From contig JAIYDH010000385.1 of the NCBI GenBank assembly GCA_027487585.1, forward strand, positions 43 through 64,042: a stretch of 64,000 bases of DNA, in the 5' to 3' direction. The stretch comes from Rubrivivax sp. GTDB taxonomy: Bacteria > Pseudomonadota > Gammaproteobacteria > Burkholderiales > Burkholderiaceae_C. A program made the position numbers and the translations under genes. A model generated the notes under the pieces. That model was not told the DNA's origin and ran no database searches. It saw nothing but the letters and a program-made list of their open reading frames with translations. This document shows positions 28,444 through 38,657 of this stretch, in pieces (positions within the stretch are counted from its first letter, which is position 1; each line of letters starts with the position of its first letter).

Positions 28444-31400
28444 GTCGACGCCCTCATGCCCAGGCCCCTCATGCCCTGCAAACCCGCCTTGCCTTCGGAG
28501 ACGACCCAGGTTTCTGCGACTTCCAGATGGGTCAGGCCGCTGGCGCGCGGTTTCGTGTCGTGCGTGTGCTCCACCAGTTCAATCAAGTGATCGTCCACCG
28601 GCAGCACCACGCTCCAGGGATGGCGGGCGCGCAGCACATCCGCTGCGTGTCCAGGCGCTGCGGTGTCGGCAAAGTGATGCAGGCCGTTGTCGTCCAGTAC
28701 CACGTGCAGCAGCGACACGCCAACCACACCCGCCACACCCGGCACGCGGCGCACTTCGGCCTGCAGGTCCTCGCAGCGCAGTTGCCAGTCCAGGCGCGGA
28801 CCAAAGCCGGCGTCGTGCCAGGGCGACAGGTACTGCACCAAGGCGCGGTTGATGTCGCGTTGCAAGGCGCCAGACTGGGCGTGCCGCTCCATCAAGACGC
28901 GACACCGCACCTGCACACGCTCAAAGGACACATTGCGCACACGCAAACGGACCATGGGCGAAGCCCGTTCGCGCAGCAGTTCATGAATGCGCTGCAGTGC
29001 CAGCACATCCAGATGCTGCGCCTGGGTACCCATGTCCGGCGTGTTGCGCCGCGTGGCCGGCAAGACGGCCACCAGCACCTCGCCCGCGTTCAGGCCGGCT
29101 GCAGGCGCCATGAAGCACTTGACCTTGTGTACGTCTGGCGCGAGGGCCAGCACCAGGCGTTCGTAGTCCCAGGCCAGGCTGGCGCGGTTCTTGTGCCGCA
29201 GGCGCTCGGCCACCCGCAAGCGCAGCTGCGCAGCCGACTCCGTCTGCACCAGGCCCGTACCCGCAGCGGGCTGCAAAACGGCCGCCAGCCCGGGCACAGG
29301 GCTGGCCGTCTGGGTGATGCGGCCTGCAGCCAGAGGCTCGCTGGGCAAGGCCACGGCATCCAGCACCCGCGACAAGGTGGCCGCGTGGGCATGCACACTG
29401 ATCAGGTCAGCCGTGGCTTGCAACTCGCGGTTCCCGGACACCCGCAACCAGTACAGGCCCCGGCCCAGCAACGCGTTGTCGGCGCGAGCACCGCGCGGCA
29501 GGTCCAAGCTCACCACGCCGGTGGTCAGCAGCCCGTAGGTGGTGTCGGACAGCACATCGCGACTGTCCAGCACCTGCCACTGGTCGTTGGCCAGGTAAGC
29601 CCAGGAGACCGGCGCGCGGTCGGCGCCCGCGGCCAGTGACGCCGCACCCTTGGGCAGCATCTGGAACAGCAGGGTCAGGACACCGGACAGGCCCTCGGCC
29701 TCTGGCGGCAGCGACAGGCCGATGAAGAGACTGCCATCCGCGCCCAAGGGCGGCAGCACACCCGGGGCCTGGCCTTCAGGGCTCCGGCACAAGGCGGCCA
29801 CACCAAAGGGGTGGACGTGTAGCAGCCGCTCGACATCGTCGGCCATCTCGCCGCGGCGCTGCAGCGCCGCGGCCTTGGCCATCGGGTCCAAGGTGCTGCT
29901 GGCGACATAGTGCAGGCGCAAGGACTGCAATTCAGGTGTGTACGGTGCCTCCGGCATGGCCGTGGCACCCCGCCGCCGCGTGCGTGTGGTAACGGCCTGG
30001 GACAACAAACCGGCGTAGGCGCTGTGCCCAAATGCCCCCGGCGGGTGGTTCAGCTGCAGCCGCAGCAAACCATCCCGTACCGCGGCGATGGGCTCCAGGG
30101 GCTGGGAGCTGGCCCTGGCGTTTTCGCGCACCGACAGCGGATCGACAAGGACTTGCTGCAACGCAGGCTCGCGACCCTCGGCATCGGCCTGGGCAAAGAG
30201 GCTTTGTCTGGAAGACGCGCCGCCGCAAGGCCGCCAGACGCCATCGCGCAGCAGCGACAAGGCCACGCTGAAAGGCCCCTCGGCTTGTTCACGGCCGTAG
30301 GCGGCGTAGTGGGCTTGCAGACCTGATGCGGGCAGGCCGCTCCAGTCAAACGTAAGGCTGAGGCTGTCCAGGTTCTTGGCTGCGGCCTCTGGTGAGCCCA
30401 CCACCAGCGCTGAAGACAGGTTGGGCAGGGGCCCGAAGGGGGCGAACACCTTGCTGGCGTCAAGAAGGCCCAGCTGGTTGTGGACCACCAGGTCACGCAC
30501 ACCGTCGACCTTGACCGACAACAGGACACGAGCCACCGAAGCGTGCTCGAAGATCGACAGCGGGTGAATGCGCGCACGTGGGCTGGCCTGCAGCTTCAGC
30601 ACCGGCAGCCGGGTCGGCCAGGCCTGCCCATGCACGGCAGGGTTGCAGCCCGCTATCGAGGGGTCTTCCTCCTTGAGCCACACCACCAGGCGGAAACCGC
30701 TCTGGCCCACGGGCAGCTTTTCCAGCTGCACGTTGCGCGCGACCAGCCAGCCCTCGGCATGCGTCAGGCTCAGCTCGAACAGGTCGGTCACCACCCGAAA
30801 GAACTCCATCTGCTGGGGTGCCTGGCCCGGCGTGGGTTCGTCCAGCATGTGGCGGACACTGCGCGAATGCAGTTCGAAGCCCTGCGCCTGACGCCGCAAA
30901 CGGCCTCGGTGCTCTGCGCCGAGCATGGCCGTGTCGCCCAGCAGCCAGCGGGCATACAGCTGACCCAGCGCGTTGCGGAAGACGTCGCCATCCTTGGTGC
31001 AGGAGGCCAGTCGCCTGAGCGCCTTGGTTTTCGGGCCAGGCCAGTCCAGCTGCACCTCGAGATCGATGCGGCGCCGGCCCTCCTTCAGCAACAGCAGCGG
31101 CGAAGCCACGGCCAGGCCCAGGGCTGCATCGTGGCTGCCGCGGCCGCCGCCCAGCGTGGGCACGGGTTCAGCGTCTGGCGGCGGCAGGCCCAGGCTGTTG
31201 GCGCGCACGGCCGAGACATAGCCGAGGTCGGCCTCGGGCTGGACATCGTCGTCGCGCTCCAGTCGCAAGGTGGACAACGCGGCGACACGGGCTTGACCCG
31301 CAGTCGCAGCAGCGTCGCTGGCAAACGTCAGCGGCTGGCCGTCCGGTCCCTTGACCGCCGGGAACAGCGTGCCCGCAGGCACCACGACGGGCTGCACGCG

Positions 31401-32279
31401 CAGCGCATCGGCTTGCAGCACCACGTGCACACGGTCTGGCACCGCCGCACGGGGCGCAAAACCGAGCACCTCGCGATGGTAGAAGTCGATGTGCCTTTCA
31501 CCCAGCTGGTTGGTGTCGGCCTGCACCAACCCATACAGCTGCAGGAAGCTCAGCAACAAGCCCACCGCCGGGTCGTGCCGGCCGCCGCCCAGGGTCTGCG
31601 GCAAACGCTCCCGCGCCATACCCTGCAGACGCCCCAGTGCCATGCTGAAGGACCGCCCCACGCCTTGCAGCTGGCGCCGTTTGTTGTCTCCCGCAGGCGT
31701 CCAGGGCGGGCTGTCTGTCCAGTCCGCTGACAGCCCCTGGGCACGCTGCAGCAAGGCCAGACCTTCGCGCGGCCGACTGCCAAAGGTCGCCAGCACCCAC
31801 GTTAACTGACCGGCCAGTTGCCCCTTTATGGCCTGCCTAAGCCCGTCATGAAGGGCGCCCAATGCGGGGCTGTCGGCCAGGCCACCCGAGGTGACCTCGG
31901 CCTGGTTGTCCAGGGCACGCAACCAACGGTCCAGCTGTTCCACCATGTCCAGCAACTGCTGGGCTGCAGGAATGGGGTCGGGTCCTGCACAGAGCAGCTC
32001 AAAACGCCGATCCCAGGCCCGCCGGCTGAAGCTGGCCATGTCGGCCAGCACCAGCGTGCCGTCGTGCTCGAAGAGTTCTTCCCAGGTGCCGCTGCTGCGG
32101 CCATTCGCGTCCACATAGCGCAGCTTGGCGGCCAGTCGGCGGGTCAGGGCCAACAGTTGGTCCATTCGCAGCGCATCCACCTGGAAGGGCGTGTCCAAAG
32201 CGGCCAGGCCGCGCTGCGCCTGGGTGGTGCCGTCCTGGGTGCCGCCGGGGACGGCGGGTTGATGGGCCAGCGGGTTCAT
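28440..32279 (-). CDS. eCIS baseplate J/gp47-like protein (Afp11-like)
   Basis: 'DGTTQAQR...HDPAVGLLLSFLQLY...HIDFYHREVLGF..RAAVPDRVH', 'FAPFG..P', 'RVAERLRHKNRASLAWDYERLVL...VHKVKC', 'YLSPW'. Confidence 0.9.
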   Translation of the reverse strand: MNPLAHQPAVPGGTQDGTTQAQRGLAALDTPFQVDALRMDQLLALTRRLAAKLRYVDANGRSSGTWEELFEHDGTLVLADMASFSRRAWDRRFELLCAGPDPIPAAQQLLDMVEQLDRWLRALDNQAEVTSGGLADSPALGALHDGLRQAIKGQLAGQLTWVLATFGSRPREGLALLQRAQGLSADWTDSPPWTPAGDNKRRQLQGVGRSFSMALGRLQGMARERLPQTLGGGRHDPAVGLLLSFLQLYGLVQADTNQLGERHIDFYHREVLGFAPRAAVPDRVHVVLQADALRVQPVVVPAGTLFPAVKGPDGQPLTFASDAAATAGQARVAALSTLRLERDDDVQPEADLGYVSAVRANSLGLPPPDAEPVPTLGGGRGSHDAALGLAVASPLLLLKEGRRRIDLEVQLDWPGPKTKALRRLASCTKDGDVFRNALGQLYARWLLGDTAMLGAEHRGRLRRQAQGFELHSRSVRHMLDEPTPGQAPQQMEFFRVVTDLFELSLTHAEGWLVARNVQLEKLPVGQSGFRLVVWLKEEDPSIAGCNPAVHGQAWPTRLPVLKLQASPRARIHPLSIFEHASVARVLLSVKVDGVRDLVVHNQLGLLDASKVFAPFGPLPNLSSALVVGSPEAAAKNLDSLSLTFDWSGLPASGLQAHYAAYGREQAEGPFSVALSLLRDGVWRPCGGASSRQSLFAQADAEGREPALQQVLVDPLSVRENARASSQPLEPIAAVRDGLLRLQLNHPPGAFGHSAYAGLLSQAVTTRTRRRGATAMPEAPYTPELQSLRLHYVASSTLDPMAKAAALQRRGEMADDVERLLHVHPFGVAALCRSPEGQAPGVLPPLGADGSLFIGLSLPPEAEGLSGVLTLLFQMLPKGAASLAAGADRAPVSWAYLANDQWQVLDSRDVLSDTTYGLLTTGVVSLDLPRGARADNALLGRGLYWLRVSGNRELQATADLISVHAHAATLSRVLDAVALPSEPLAAGRITQTASPVPGLAAVLQPAAGTGLVQTESAAQLRLRVAERLRHKNRASLAWDYERLVLALAPDVHKVKCFMAPAAGLNAGEVLVAVLPATRRNTPDMGTQAQHLDVLALQRIHELLRERASPMVRLRVRNVSFERVQVRCRVLMERHAQSGALQRDINRALVQYLSPWHDAGFGPRLDWQLRCEDLQAEVRRVPGVAGVVGVSLLHVVLDDNGLHHFADTAAPGHAADVLRARHPWSVVLPVDDHLIELVEHTHDTKPRASGLTHLEVAETWVVSEGKAGLQGMRGLGMRAST

Positions 32280-32734
32280 TCGGCGGCCAGGGTCCAGGGG
32301 TCGCCACGCGCACCGCGACCCTCTTGCAGGTACAGGGGGTAGACCATGTTGTGGCGCGAATTGGTGCTGCGCACGGTGTAGCTCAGGTGGATCAGCAAGG
32401 TGCCCTGCAGCGGCTCGTCAAACTCAAAGTCCACGGCCTCCAGCGTCACGCGGGGCTCAAAGAAGATGACGGCCTTCTCAATCAGGCTGCGCATCTCGGT
32501 GAGCGTGCTTTCGTTGATCACTTCGAATACCAGCTTGTGCAAGCCGCAGCCGTAGCTGGGCTGCATGACGCGCTCACCGGGTGCTGTGGACATCAAGAGC
32601 CGCAGGCTCTCTTCTACGTCCCGCACATGCGAAACCATGCGCACGGCGCGCCCCCGCGGGTCAAAGGCCGGCGGGAAAGCCCAGCCATGACCCAGGAAGT
32701 GCAGGTCCAGTTCGGCGTTGGTCTTGGAGGCCAC
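32276..32734 (-). CDS. eCIS gp25/GPW baseplate protein (Afp9-like)
   Basis: 'FLGHGWAFPPAF...DVEESLRLLMSTAPGERVMQPSYGCGL...FEPRV...RSTNSRHNMVYPLY'. GTG start at 32734. Confidence 0.92.
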   Translation of the reverse strand: MASKTNAELDLHFLGHGWAFPPAFDPRGRAVRMVSHVRDVEESLRLLMSTAPGERVMQPSYGCGLHKLVFEVINESTLTEMRSLIEKAVIFFEPRVTLEAVDFEFDEPLQGTLLIHLSYTVRSTNSRHNMVYPLYLQEGRGARGDPWTLAAE

Positions 32735-32736
32735 CC

Positions 32737-33036
32737 TCAGCCCCCGATCAGCACGGTGGGCAGACCCAGCACGACGCTGCCGCCATGCGCCGTGGTGTCG
32801 CCCAGACGGGCTGCGGGCTTGCCTCCTATCAGGACCGTGGCCGAACCCTTGACGATGGCGTCGGGCGGCCCCACGCACACCGCGTTGTCACCCACCACCG
32901 CAGCAGGCAGGCTGCCGATCAACACCGTGGGCACACCCGGGCCGATGATGGGGCCACCCACATGCGGAATGGGTGGCAGACCAGGCGTCACCATAGGGCA
33001 GACGTGCATGTCGGTCAGGCGGGCGGCGGGCGGCAT
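32737..33036 (-). CDS. PAAR spike-tip protein (Afp10-like)
   Basis: 'MPPAARLTDMHVCP...HVGGPI...LPAAVVGD...GKPAARLGDTTAHGG'. Confidence 0.95.
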   Translation of the reverse strand: MPPAARLTDMHVCPMVTPGLPPIPHVGGPIIGPGVPTVLIGSLPAAVVGDNAVCVGPPDAIVKGSATVLIGGKPAARLGDTTAHGGSVVLGLPTVLIGG

Positions 33037-33079
33037 GGTTCTGGTGCTGGGTTTGGTGCAGGTGCTCGTTCGTGGGCCA

Positions 33080-34873
33080 TCAATTGATCATCACGATCGC
33101 ACCCTTGACCGTGGTCTGGCCGGATGCCGAGAGTTCTGCCGTAGCCGAACCCTTGCCTGCAAAGCCCACCTGGGCGGTGCAGTTGATGTTGAGCCCGGCC
33201 ACCTTCACGTCGGCCTTGGAGGTGATGCTCACCTCGCCCACGGCGTCCAGCGTGATCTTGCCCTTGGCCTTGATGGTGATGTCCTTGGGGCTGTCCAGCG
33301 TGATGCCGCCAGGCGCCAGTTCCACCTTGTTGTTGTTCTGGTCGGTCAGCGTGATGCTCTTGTCCTTGTCGCTGATGACGATCTGGTTCTTGCCCGGCGT
33401 GACCAGCGTGATGACCTTGTCGGCCTCATTGAACTCCAGCTTGGACTTGCAGCGGGTGACGATGGCCTTGGTGTTGTTGGCCGCTTCCAGCGTGTAGGGC
33501 GGCGCCTGCTTGCTGCTGTAGAGACACCCCAGCACCACGGGGAAAGCGGGGTCGTTGTTGAACCAGCCCAGCAGCACCTCATCACCCACTTCCGGCACGA
33601 AGAAGGCGCCAAAGCTGTTGGACGCAAAGGTCTGCGCCAGCCGTGCCCACACGCCCGTGATGCCGGCTGAGGGCACATTCACCTGGATGCGGTGCTGTGA
33701 CTGCGGGTCGGCATCCAGTTTGGCCACCACCCCCGCAAACAGGCCCTCGATGCCCGGCAGACGGCCAGCCGCCGCCGGCGCCACGATGTCTGTGCGCGAG
33801 GTGAACCAGTCGATCTCATGTCCGAACTCCACTTCGGTGGTCCACTCGCCTTCACGCAGGGTGTGAGTGAGCGCGGTGGTGAGCACCTTGCCCGAGAAGC
33901 GCGTACCCACGCCTTCCAGCGAGACGACAGCACCCACCTGGGCCAAAGCGCTGCCCTGGAACCGCACATAGCCGCGCACCCGCGCCAAGCTGGACTTGAC
34001 CTGCTGCGCCTTGGCCCAGCCAGTCAGCTCCGTCTGTTCAAGGGGCACCGTGGTCTGCAAACCCACACTGGAAAGACCGAGCACTTGCGCCAGCGTGCTT
34101 GCAGTCAGGTCCCCTTGCGCGGTCAGCGCATCAGGGCTTGCGTCGGTGCCGTTGACCACCGCTTGTGTCGAAGGGTCCCAGGCCGTGGTCTTGACCTGAC
34201 TGAACTGGTGCCTGGCATCCAGGTCGGCCTGAAACTCCAGGATGTCTCTTCCCCAGCCCACCAACAGCACCGGCTCGCTGCTGGATGCGGGCGCAGCGAC
34301 GACGAGCTTGCCGTCCTGCGGCATCACCAGCAGTCCATTGGCTTCGGCCCGCGAGACCAGGAAGTCCCAGTCGGTGCAGTAGTGCTGGACGATCTGCTTG
34401 TGCGTGTGGTTTGTGGCGTCTACCTCGGCCTGCAGGCCATGGTTGTCGATCAGCTCTTGCAGGATGTCGCTGTCGGTCTTGTCCGTCCACAGCATGGTGC
34501 TGCGCGCCACGGTCATCTTGACGGCCTTGTCACGGCACTCCAGCGTCAGCCGTGCGCCTGAGCCCCCGTCATGGCCCCCTCTCATGCTGACGCCATGGCG
34601 CACCACGATGCCCTGGAAGATGCTCTGCTCGGCGTCGCCATAACCGGCCTTGACCTCCACGCTGGCGCCCGGCAGATAGGTGGCCGCATCGCTTTGCGGC
34701 ATGGACTGCTGTGGCATGTCACCGTCCAGCAGCACCAGGGTCGCCGTCGGCACCCGGTTGATGGCGCGGCGGATCGTGACCGAGACCAGCTCGCAAACGG
34801 CGCTGACATCGGCACCATCAAAGGTGACCGTGAGGCGCAGGACCCCATCGACGGCAGGCGATTCAGCGGGCAC
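33080..34873 (-). CDS. vgrG: VgrG-like spike protein (Afp8-like)
   Basis: 'VQHYCTDWDFLVSRAEANG', 'GAFFVPEVGDEVLLGWFNNDPAFPVVLGCLYS', C-terminal beta-helix repeats. Confidence 0.93.
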   Translation of the reverse strand: MPAESPAVDGVLRLTVTFDGADVSAVCELVSVTIRRAINRVPTATLVLLDGDMPQQSMPQSDAATYLPGASVEVKAGYGDAEQSIFQGIVVRHGVSMRGGHDGGSGARLTLECRDKAVKMTVARSTMLWTDKTDSDILQELIDNHGLQAEVDATNHTHKQIVQHYCTDWDFLVSRAEANGLLVMPQDGKLVVAAPASSSEPVLLVGWGRDILEFQADLDARHQFSQVKTTAWDPSTQAVVNGTDASPDALTAQGDLTASTLAQVLGLSSVGLQTTVPLEQTELTGWAKAQQVKSSLARVRGYVRFQGSALAQVGAVVSLEGVGTRFSGKVLTTALTHTLREGEWTTEVEFGHEIDWFTSRTDIVAPAAAGRLPGIEGLFAGVVAKLDADPQSQHRIQVNVPSAGITGVWARLAQTFASNSFGAFFVPEVGDEVLLGWFNNDPAFPVVLGCLYSSKQAPPYTLEAANNTKAIVTRCKSKLEFNEADKVITLVTPGKNQIVISDKDKSITLTDQNNNKVELAPGGITLDSPKDITIKAKGKITLDAVGEVSITSKADVKVAGLNINCTAQVGFAGKGSATAELSASGQTTVKGAIVMIN

Positions 34874-34876
34874 GGT

Positions 34877-35635
34877 TCACTCCAGCGGCGGAAAGTGCAG
34901 ATCCAGCCCAGGCCGCAGCCGCCTAAAGTCGCCCAGCCCATTGAAGGCCGCCACGTCCATGTAGTAGCCCGGGTCACCGTAGATGCGCTGGCACAGCAGC
35001 GGCAAGGTGTCGCCTTCGCGCACCTGCACACGGTGGCTCAGGTCGGGTGAGCTCCGGTTGGAGACCAGCTCACCCTCACGCTTGCTGGTGGACCCGGTGA
35101 AGGACAGGTCCACCTTGGCGCGCAGGGGTTCGCCACTGGGCTTGAACAGCGTGAACTGCGTGCTCATGCTTTCCAGCCGGCCGAAGAAGATGAGGCTGCC
35201 CCACAGCAGGCGCACATGCGGCGGCTCGTGCAGGGTGCCTACATAGTTGTAGGTCACGTTGTGCAGGTCGGCCAGCTGCGCTTTCACGCTGCGCGGTGTG
35301 CGCGTGGGGCGAGGTACGACGCCCGTGCCGTCCAGCACCAACGAGAAGCTGACCTTCTCGTCGTTCATGGCACTGAACTTGGCGTTGACAGCCGAATCGC
35401 CCAAGGTCTTGTCCTTGGCGTAGGTGATACCCGCGACGTGCTTGAACTCGGCCGGGTTGATGAGCACTTCAAAGCGCTGGTCCGGTTCCAGCGTGGTGGT
35501 GCCATCGGCATTGACTTTGTATCGCGTCATCAAGAGGCGCGACTTGGCGCCGGCGCCCGGCGCCCCACCGCCGCTGCTGCCCACATTGCCGGCCGCAGAG
35601 GCGATGCGCTCGCTGAAGCTGGGTGAAGTCAGCAC
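34877..35635 (-). CDS. eCIS tube initiator with C-terminal LysM (Afp7-like)
   Basis: 'FEVLINPAEF...PPHVRLLWG...FGRLESMSTQFTLFKPSGEPLRAKVDLSF...SSPDLSH..QVREGDTLPLLC.RIYGD'. GTG 35635 or ATG about 35530. Confidence 0.88.
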   Translation of the reverse strand: MLTSPSFSERIASAAGNVGSSGGGAPGAGAKSRLLMTRYKVNADGTTTLEPDQRFEVLINPAEFKHVAGITYAKDKTLGDSAVNAKFSAMNDEKVSFSLVLDGTGVVPRPTRTPRSVKAQLADLHNVTYNYVGTLHEPPHVRLLWGSLIFFGRLESMSTQFTLFKPSGEPLRAKVDLSFTGSTSKREGELVSNRSSPDLSHRVQVREGDTLPLLCQRIYGDPGYYMDVAAFNGLGDFRRLRPGLDLHFPPLE

Positions 35636-35636
35636 C

Positions 35637-35810
35637 TCAGCGCTCCCGCGAGGCGCGCAACTGCTCGCGAAGCCAGGCCTTGCACTCCGCCAGGACCTGC
35701 GCCTTGGCGCGCTCCAGCTCGCGCGCGTCTGCGGCCGTTGGGGTTGCGCCAGCAACGGGCCGCACCCCGACCTGCGAGCGGATCAAGACCTGGCGGACTT
35801 CAATGGTCAT
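35637..35810 (-). CDS. Small Afp6/DUF5908-like plug protein (57 aa; absent from the ORF track)
   Basis: Hand translation: MTIEVRQVLIRSQVGVRPVAGATPTAADARELERAKAQVLAECKAWLREQLRASRER*. Pattern and position between tube and Afp7 fit. Confidence 0.8.
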   Translation of the reverse strand: MTIEVRQVLIRSQVGVRPVAGATPTAADARELERAKAQVLAECKAWLREQLRASRER

Positions 35811-35893
35811 GGTGCGAGTCTCGGGTGAGGGTAGACAGTGCAGGTCAAGGACGCAGGCTTGTTGCGATGGCTTCTCAAGATCGCTTCACGCGC

Positions 35894-36403
35894 CTACTTC
35901 TCGCGCTTGACGTTCAGGTAGGCGAACTCCACCTTCTCCATCGCAACCTCGTTCTTGCTGCTCTGGAAGGGCTCCACATCCCACTTCACCGGGTAGGCGC
36001 CGTCAAAGGTCCATACGCGCAGGGGCTGCCCCGTTTCGTCGAGCAACGCCACCTGCATCAGCTTGGTGGTGACGGGTTGACCCAGCCCGCCTTCGAGAAC
36101 GTCCCTGCACCAGGTGACCAGGCGCGATGTGTAAGGCGCCACACCGCGCTTGAGCACCAGCCGCGGGTGCTTGACCGCCTTGGGCAGCGTGTAGACGAAG
36201 CGGTTCTCGCCGCCTTCCACCACCGTTTCGGTTTCCATCTCCGCCGCGATGCCGCTGACCTCGCGGAACGAGCAGTCGGCGTCCGGCGCTGCCGTTCCAA
36301 AGCTGACGCGGAAATGAAAAGCCACCGGCGGGTACACCGGGGGCGGCGCGGCAGGCGACCCGGCCGCGCGCGGTGCGGGCATGGGCGGGGCGAGCGGCGG
36401 CAT
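35894..36403 (-). CDS. eCIS tail tube protein 2 (Afp5-like, T4 gp19 family)
   Basis: 'YPPVAFHFRVSF...FREVSGI...EGGENRFVYTLP...LVLKRG...GAYPVKW'. Confidence 0.92.
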   Translation of the reverse strand: MPPLAPPMPAPRAAGSPAAPPPVYPPVAFHFRVSFGTAAPDADCSFREVSGIAAEMETETVVEGGENRFVYTLPKAVKHPRLVLKRGVAPYTSRLVTWCRDVLEGGLGQPVTTKLMQVALLDETGQPLRVWTFDGAYPVKWDVEPFQSSKNEVAMEKVEFAYLNVKREK

Positions 36404-36407
36404 GGCG

Positions 36408-36869
36408 TCACGCGTTGGCGATGGTCAAGCCTTCGTGCGAGATGACGATGGTCTCCACGGCCACTTCGTTGCCCTGGGCCTTGAGATCGGTGCCGCTGAT
36501 CTTGTTGGGCCAGGCGTTGGTCAAGGTCCACACCATCGTCGGCGCGCCGGCCTCGTCGAGCAAGCTGATGGTCACCGGCTTGCGCTTGATGGTGTTCATC
36601 TTGATCTCGTTGAACCAGTCCCAGAACTTGTTGTCGCTCTTGAAGACGCCTTTCTTCATGGTGACATCGCTGAACTTCTTCAGCCCCGGCATCTTGATGG
36701 TGCTGAACTGCGGACTGTCACCGTGTCGGTACTCGATGGCCTGGGCCTCGGCGTCCAGGCCCGAGACTTCCTGGAAATGCATCACTGCGCTGTCCCACTT
36801 CACTTCGAAGCGGAACTTGGGCAAGGGCCACACGGTGGTGGACTGGGCGGAACCGTCATCTGCTGCCAT
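36408..36869 (-). CDS. eCIS tail tube protein 1 (Afp1-like, T4 gp19 family)
   Basis: 'WPLPKFRFEVKW...FQEVSGLD.E.Q.IEYRHG...MPGLKKFSDVTMKKG...NAWP.K...NEVAVET'. Confidence 0.95.
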   Translation of the reverse strand: MAADDGSAQSTTVWPLPKFRFEVKWDSAVMHFQEVSGLDAEAQAIEYRHGDSPQFSTIKMPGLKKFSDVTMKKGVFKSDNKFWDWFNEIKMNTIKRKPVTISLLDEAGAPTMVWTLTNAWPNKISGTDLKAQGNEVAVETIVISHEGLTIANA

Positions 36870-36923
36870 GGAAGTTCTCCGTGGTCGTCATTAAGGGGAG
36901 TAAGAAGGAAGTGCAGCCTGATG

Positions 36924-38627
36924 TCAGGACTTCTGCATCTGCTGCTGGAAGGTGATTTCGATGAACTCAGCCGGGCGGCTGATGGCCACCAGCACGGTGA
37001 CGCGCAAGATGCCCTCCAAGATGTCCTCGGAGGTCATGGTCTCGCCCAGGCCCACATGCACGCTGAAGGCGTCGTCGGGCACCGCGCCGGCCAGGCCGCC
37101 GCGTTTCCAGATGCCGACCAGGAAGTTGCTGATCATCGACTTGATGGTCACCCAGGTGTTGCCGACGTTGGGCTCGAAGACCATGGCCTTGGCGGCCAGG
37201 CGGCAGCTCTCTTCCAGCATGATCATCGTGCGCCGCACGCTGATGTAGCGCCAGTCCAGGCTGTTGCCGTCCAGCGTACGGGCACCCCACACCAAGGCGC
37301 CTTCGCCGATGAAGCTGCGGATGGCGTTGATGCTCTTGCCCTGCGTGGTGACGTTGAGGTCTTCCTGGTCCTCGTGCGAAATCTCCACGGCCGGCCTGAC
37401 GACGTTGGCCACGCTGACGTTGGCCGGGGCTTTCCAGACACCACGGCTGTTGTCGACCATGGTGTACAGGCCGGCCATCGCTGCTGAGGGCGGCATCAGG
37501 TTGATCATCTCGCGCGCTTCCTTCAGCGCGTGTTCGTAGAGGCTGCTCATGGTGAGCACGCTCTTCTGGACCAGGTCTTTGCTGGGCGCCAGCAAGGCCC
37601 GCTTCATGTCTGGGTCGGCTGCTCGCCGCTTGATGTCGGCCTCTTCCTTGGCCTTGTCCACGACCTTCTTGTCGTCCTTCAGGGCCGCAATGAGGTTCTC
37701 GACCCACTTCTCATCGGTCGTCAGCATGGACTTGATGGCATCAGCCCGGGCCTTGAGTTTCGGATCTGCACTGACCACCGCATCGTCGCTCAGGCCCAGG
37801 TCGGCCAACAGCATGGTGGTCAGGTTGGTGATCTCGCTGCCAAAGATGCCGTAGTCCAGAGCACTGGCCGGCACCAATGACGTGTGCAGCCACGGGTAGT
37901 AGGCGCTGGAGAAGTCCAGATGGTTGATGCCGATGTCGTTGCGGAACTCGTCGATGCAGCTCCAGCCAAACTCCGCGTCCTTGCGGTCGCGGTCGCCGCC
38001 CCAGATGTCCAGGATGGCCACGCGGTTGCGCATCTTGCCTCCGCAGTGCGCCAGCATCTGCTGCTGCGCCAAGATGCAGTCCGCCTGGCTCAGCAAGACG
38101 GCGTCGGGCATCAGCACCATCGTCGGCTCTTGTTCCTTGACCAGGGGCGTCAAGCCGCCGATCAGGTCCTTGCCTTCGTCACCCGCCTCGATCTCCTTGG
38201 TGTAGTCGCCCACCGAGACGATGTAGCAAGCACCCCCGCCGTTCTGGAAGAAGTGCGTCATGGCCTGGTGCATCAGGTAACGCCCGCCGGCCTTCTTCGC
38301 CGAGCGCGACAGCCGGTAGGTCTTGCCGCCGAACGTGAAGTCAGACTTCTGGCCCCGGGCATCGGTCGGGCTGGGCTTGTTGCCCGCAGCGGGTTCCGGG
38401 TTCGGGACCACTTCCAGCTTGAACACGGGCTTGGGCGGGCCGCCAAAGTAGCGCGCGTACTCGCTCATGGACGAAATGCGCCAAGGCTTGTTGTGCAGCG
38501 AATTGCCGCCGTTGCGCGCAAAGTCCGTGTAGCCAATGAAGGCCGGCACGGCGGTCGCGACTTCCACCACCGAGGGCGGAAACGCGTTCTTCTCGACGAT
38601 ATAGACACCGGGTGTCTTCATGGCCAT
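36924..38627 (-). CDS. eCIS contractile sheath protein
   Basis: 'MKTPGVYIVEKNAFPPSVVEVATAVPAFIGYT', 'DNSRGVWKAPANV', 'WGARTLDGNSLDWRYISVRR', 'FEPN...TW', 'RPAEFIEITFQQ'. Confidence 0.96.
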   Translation of the reverse strand: MAMKTPGVYIVEKNAFPPSVVEVATAVPAFIGYTDFARNGGNSLHNKPWRISSMSEYARYFGGPPKPVFKLEVVPNPEPAAGNKPSPTDARGQKSDFTFGGKTYRLSRSAKKAGGRYLMHQAMTHFFQNGGGACYIVSVGDYTKEIEAGDEGKDLIGGLTPLVKEQEPTMVLMPDAVLLSQADCILAQQQMLAHCGGKMRNRVAILDIWGGDRDRKDAEFGWSCIDEFRNDIGINHLDFSSAYYPWLHTSLVPASALDYGIFGSEITNLTTMLLADLGLSDDAVVSADPKLKARADAIKSMLTTDEKWVENLIAALKDDKKVVDKAKEEADIKRRAADPDMKRALLAPSKDLVQKSVLTMSSLYEHALKEAREMINLMPPSAAMAGLYTMVDNSRGVWKAPANVSVANVVRPAVEISHEDQEDLNVTTQGKSINAIRSFIGEGALVWGARTLDGNSLDWRYISVRRTMIMLEESCRLAAKAMVFEPNVGNTWVTIKSMISNFLVGIWKRGGLAGAVPDDAFSVHVGLGETMTSEDILEGILRVTVLVAISRPAEFIEITFQQQMQKS

Positions 38628-38657
38628 TGCAGCCTCCTGCTTGGATGAATTGGAACG

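Noticed and set aside
33080-38627. Interpretation as a type VI secretion system or a prophage tail
   Set aside because: No TssJ/L/M, TssA, ClpV or TssB/C pair, and no capsid, terminase or portal. Afp7-, Afp11/12-, Afp14-, Afp15- and DUF4255-type genes point to an eCIS.
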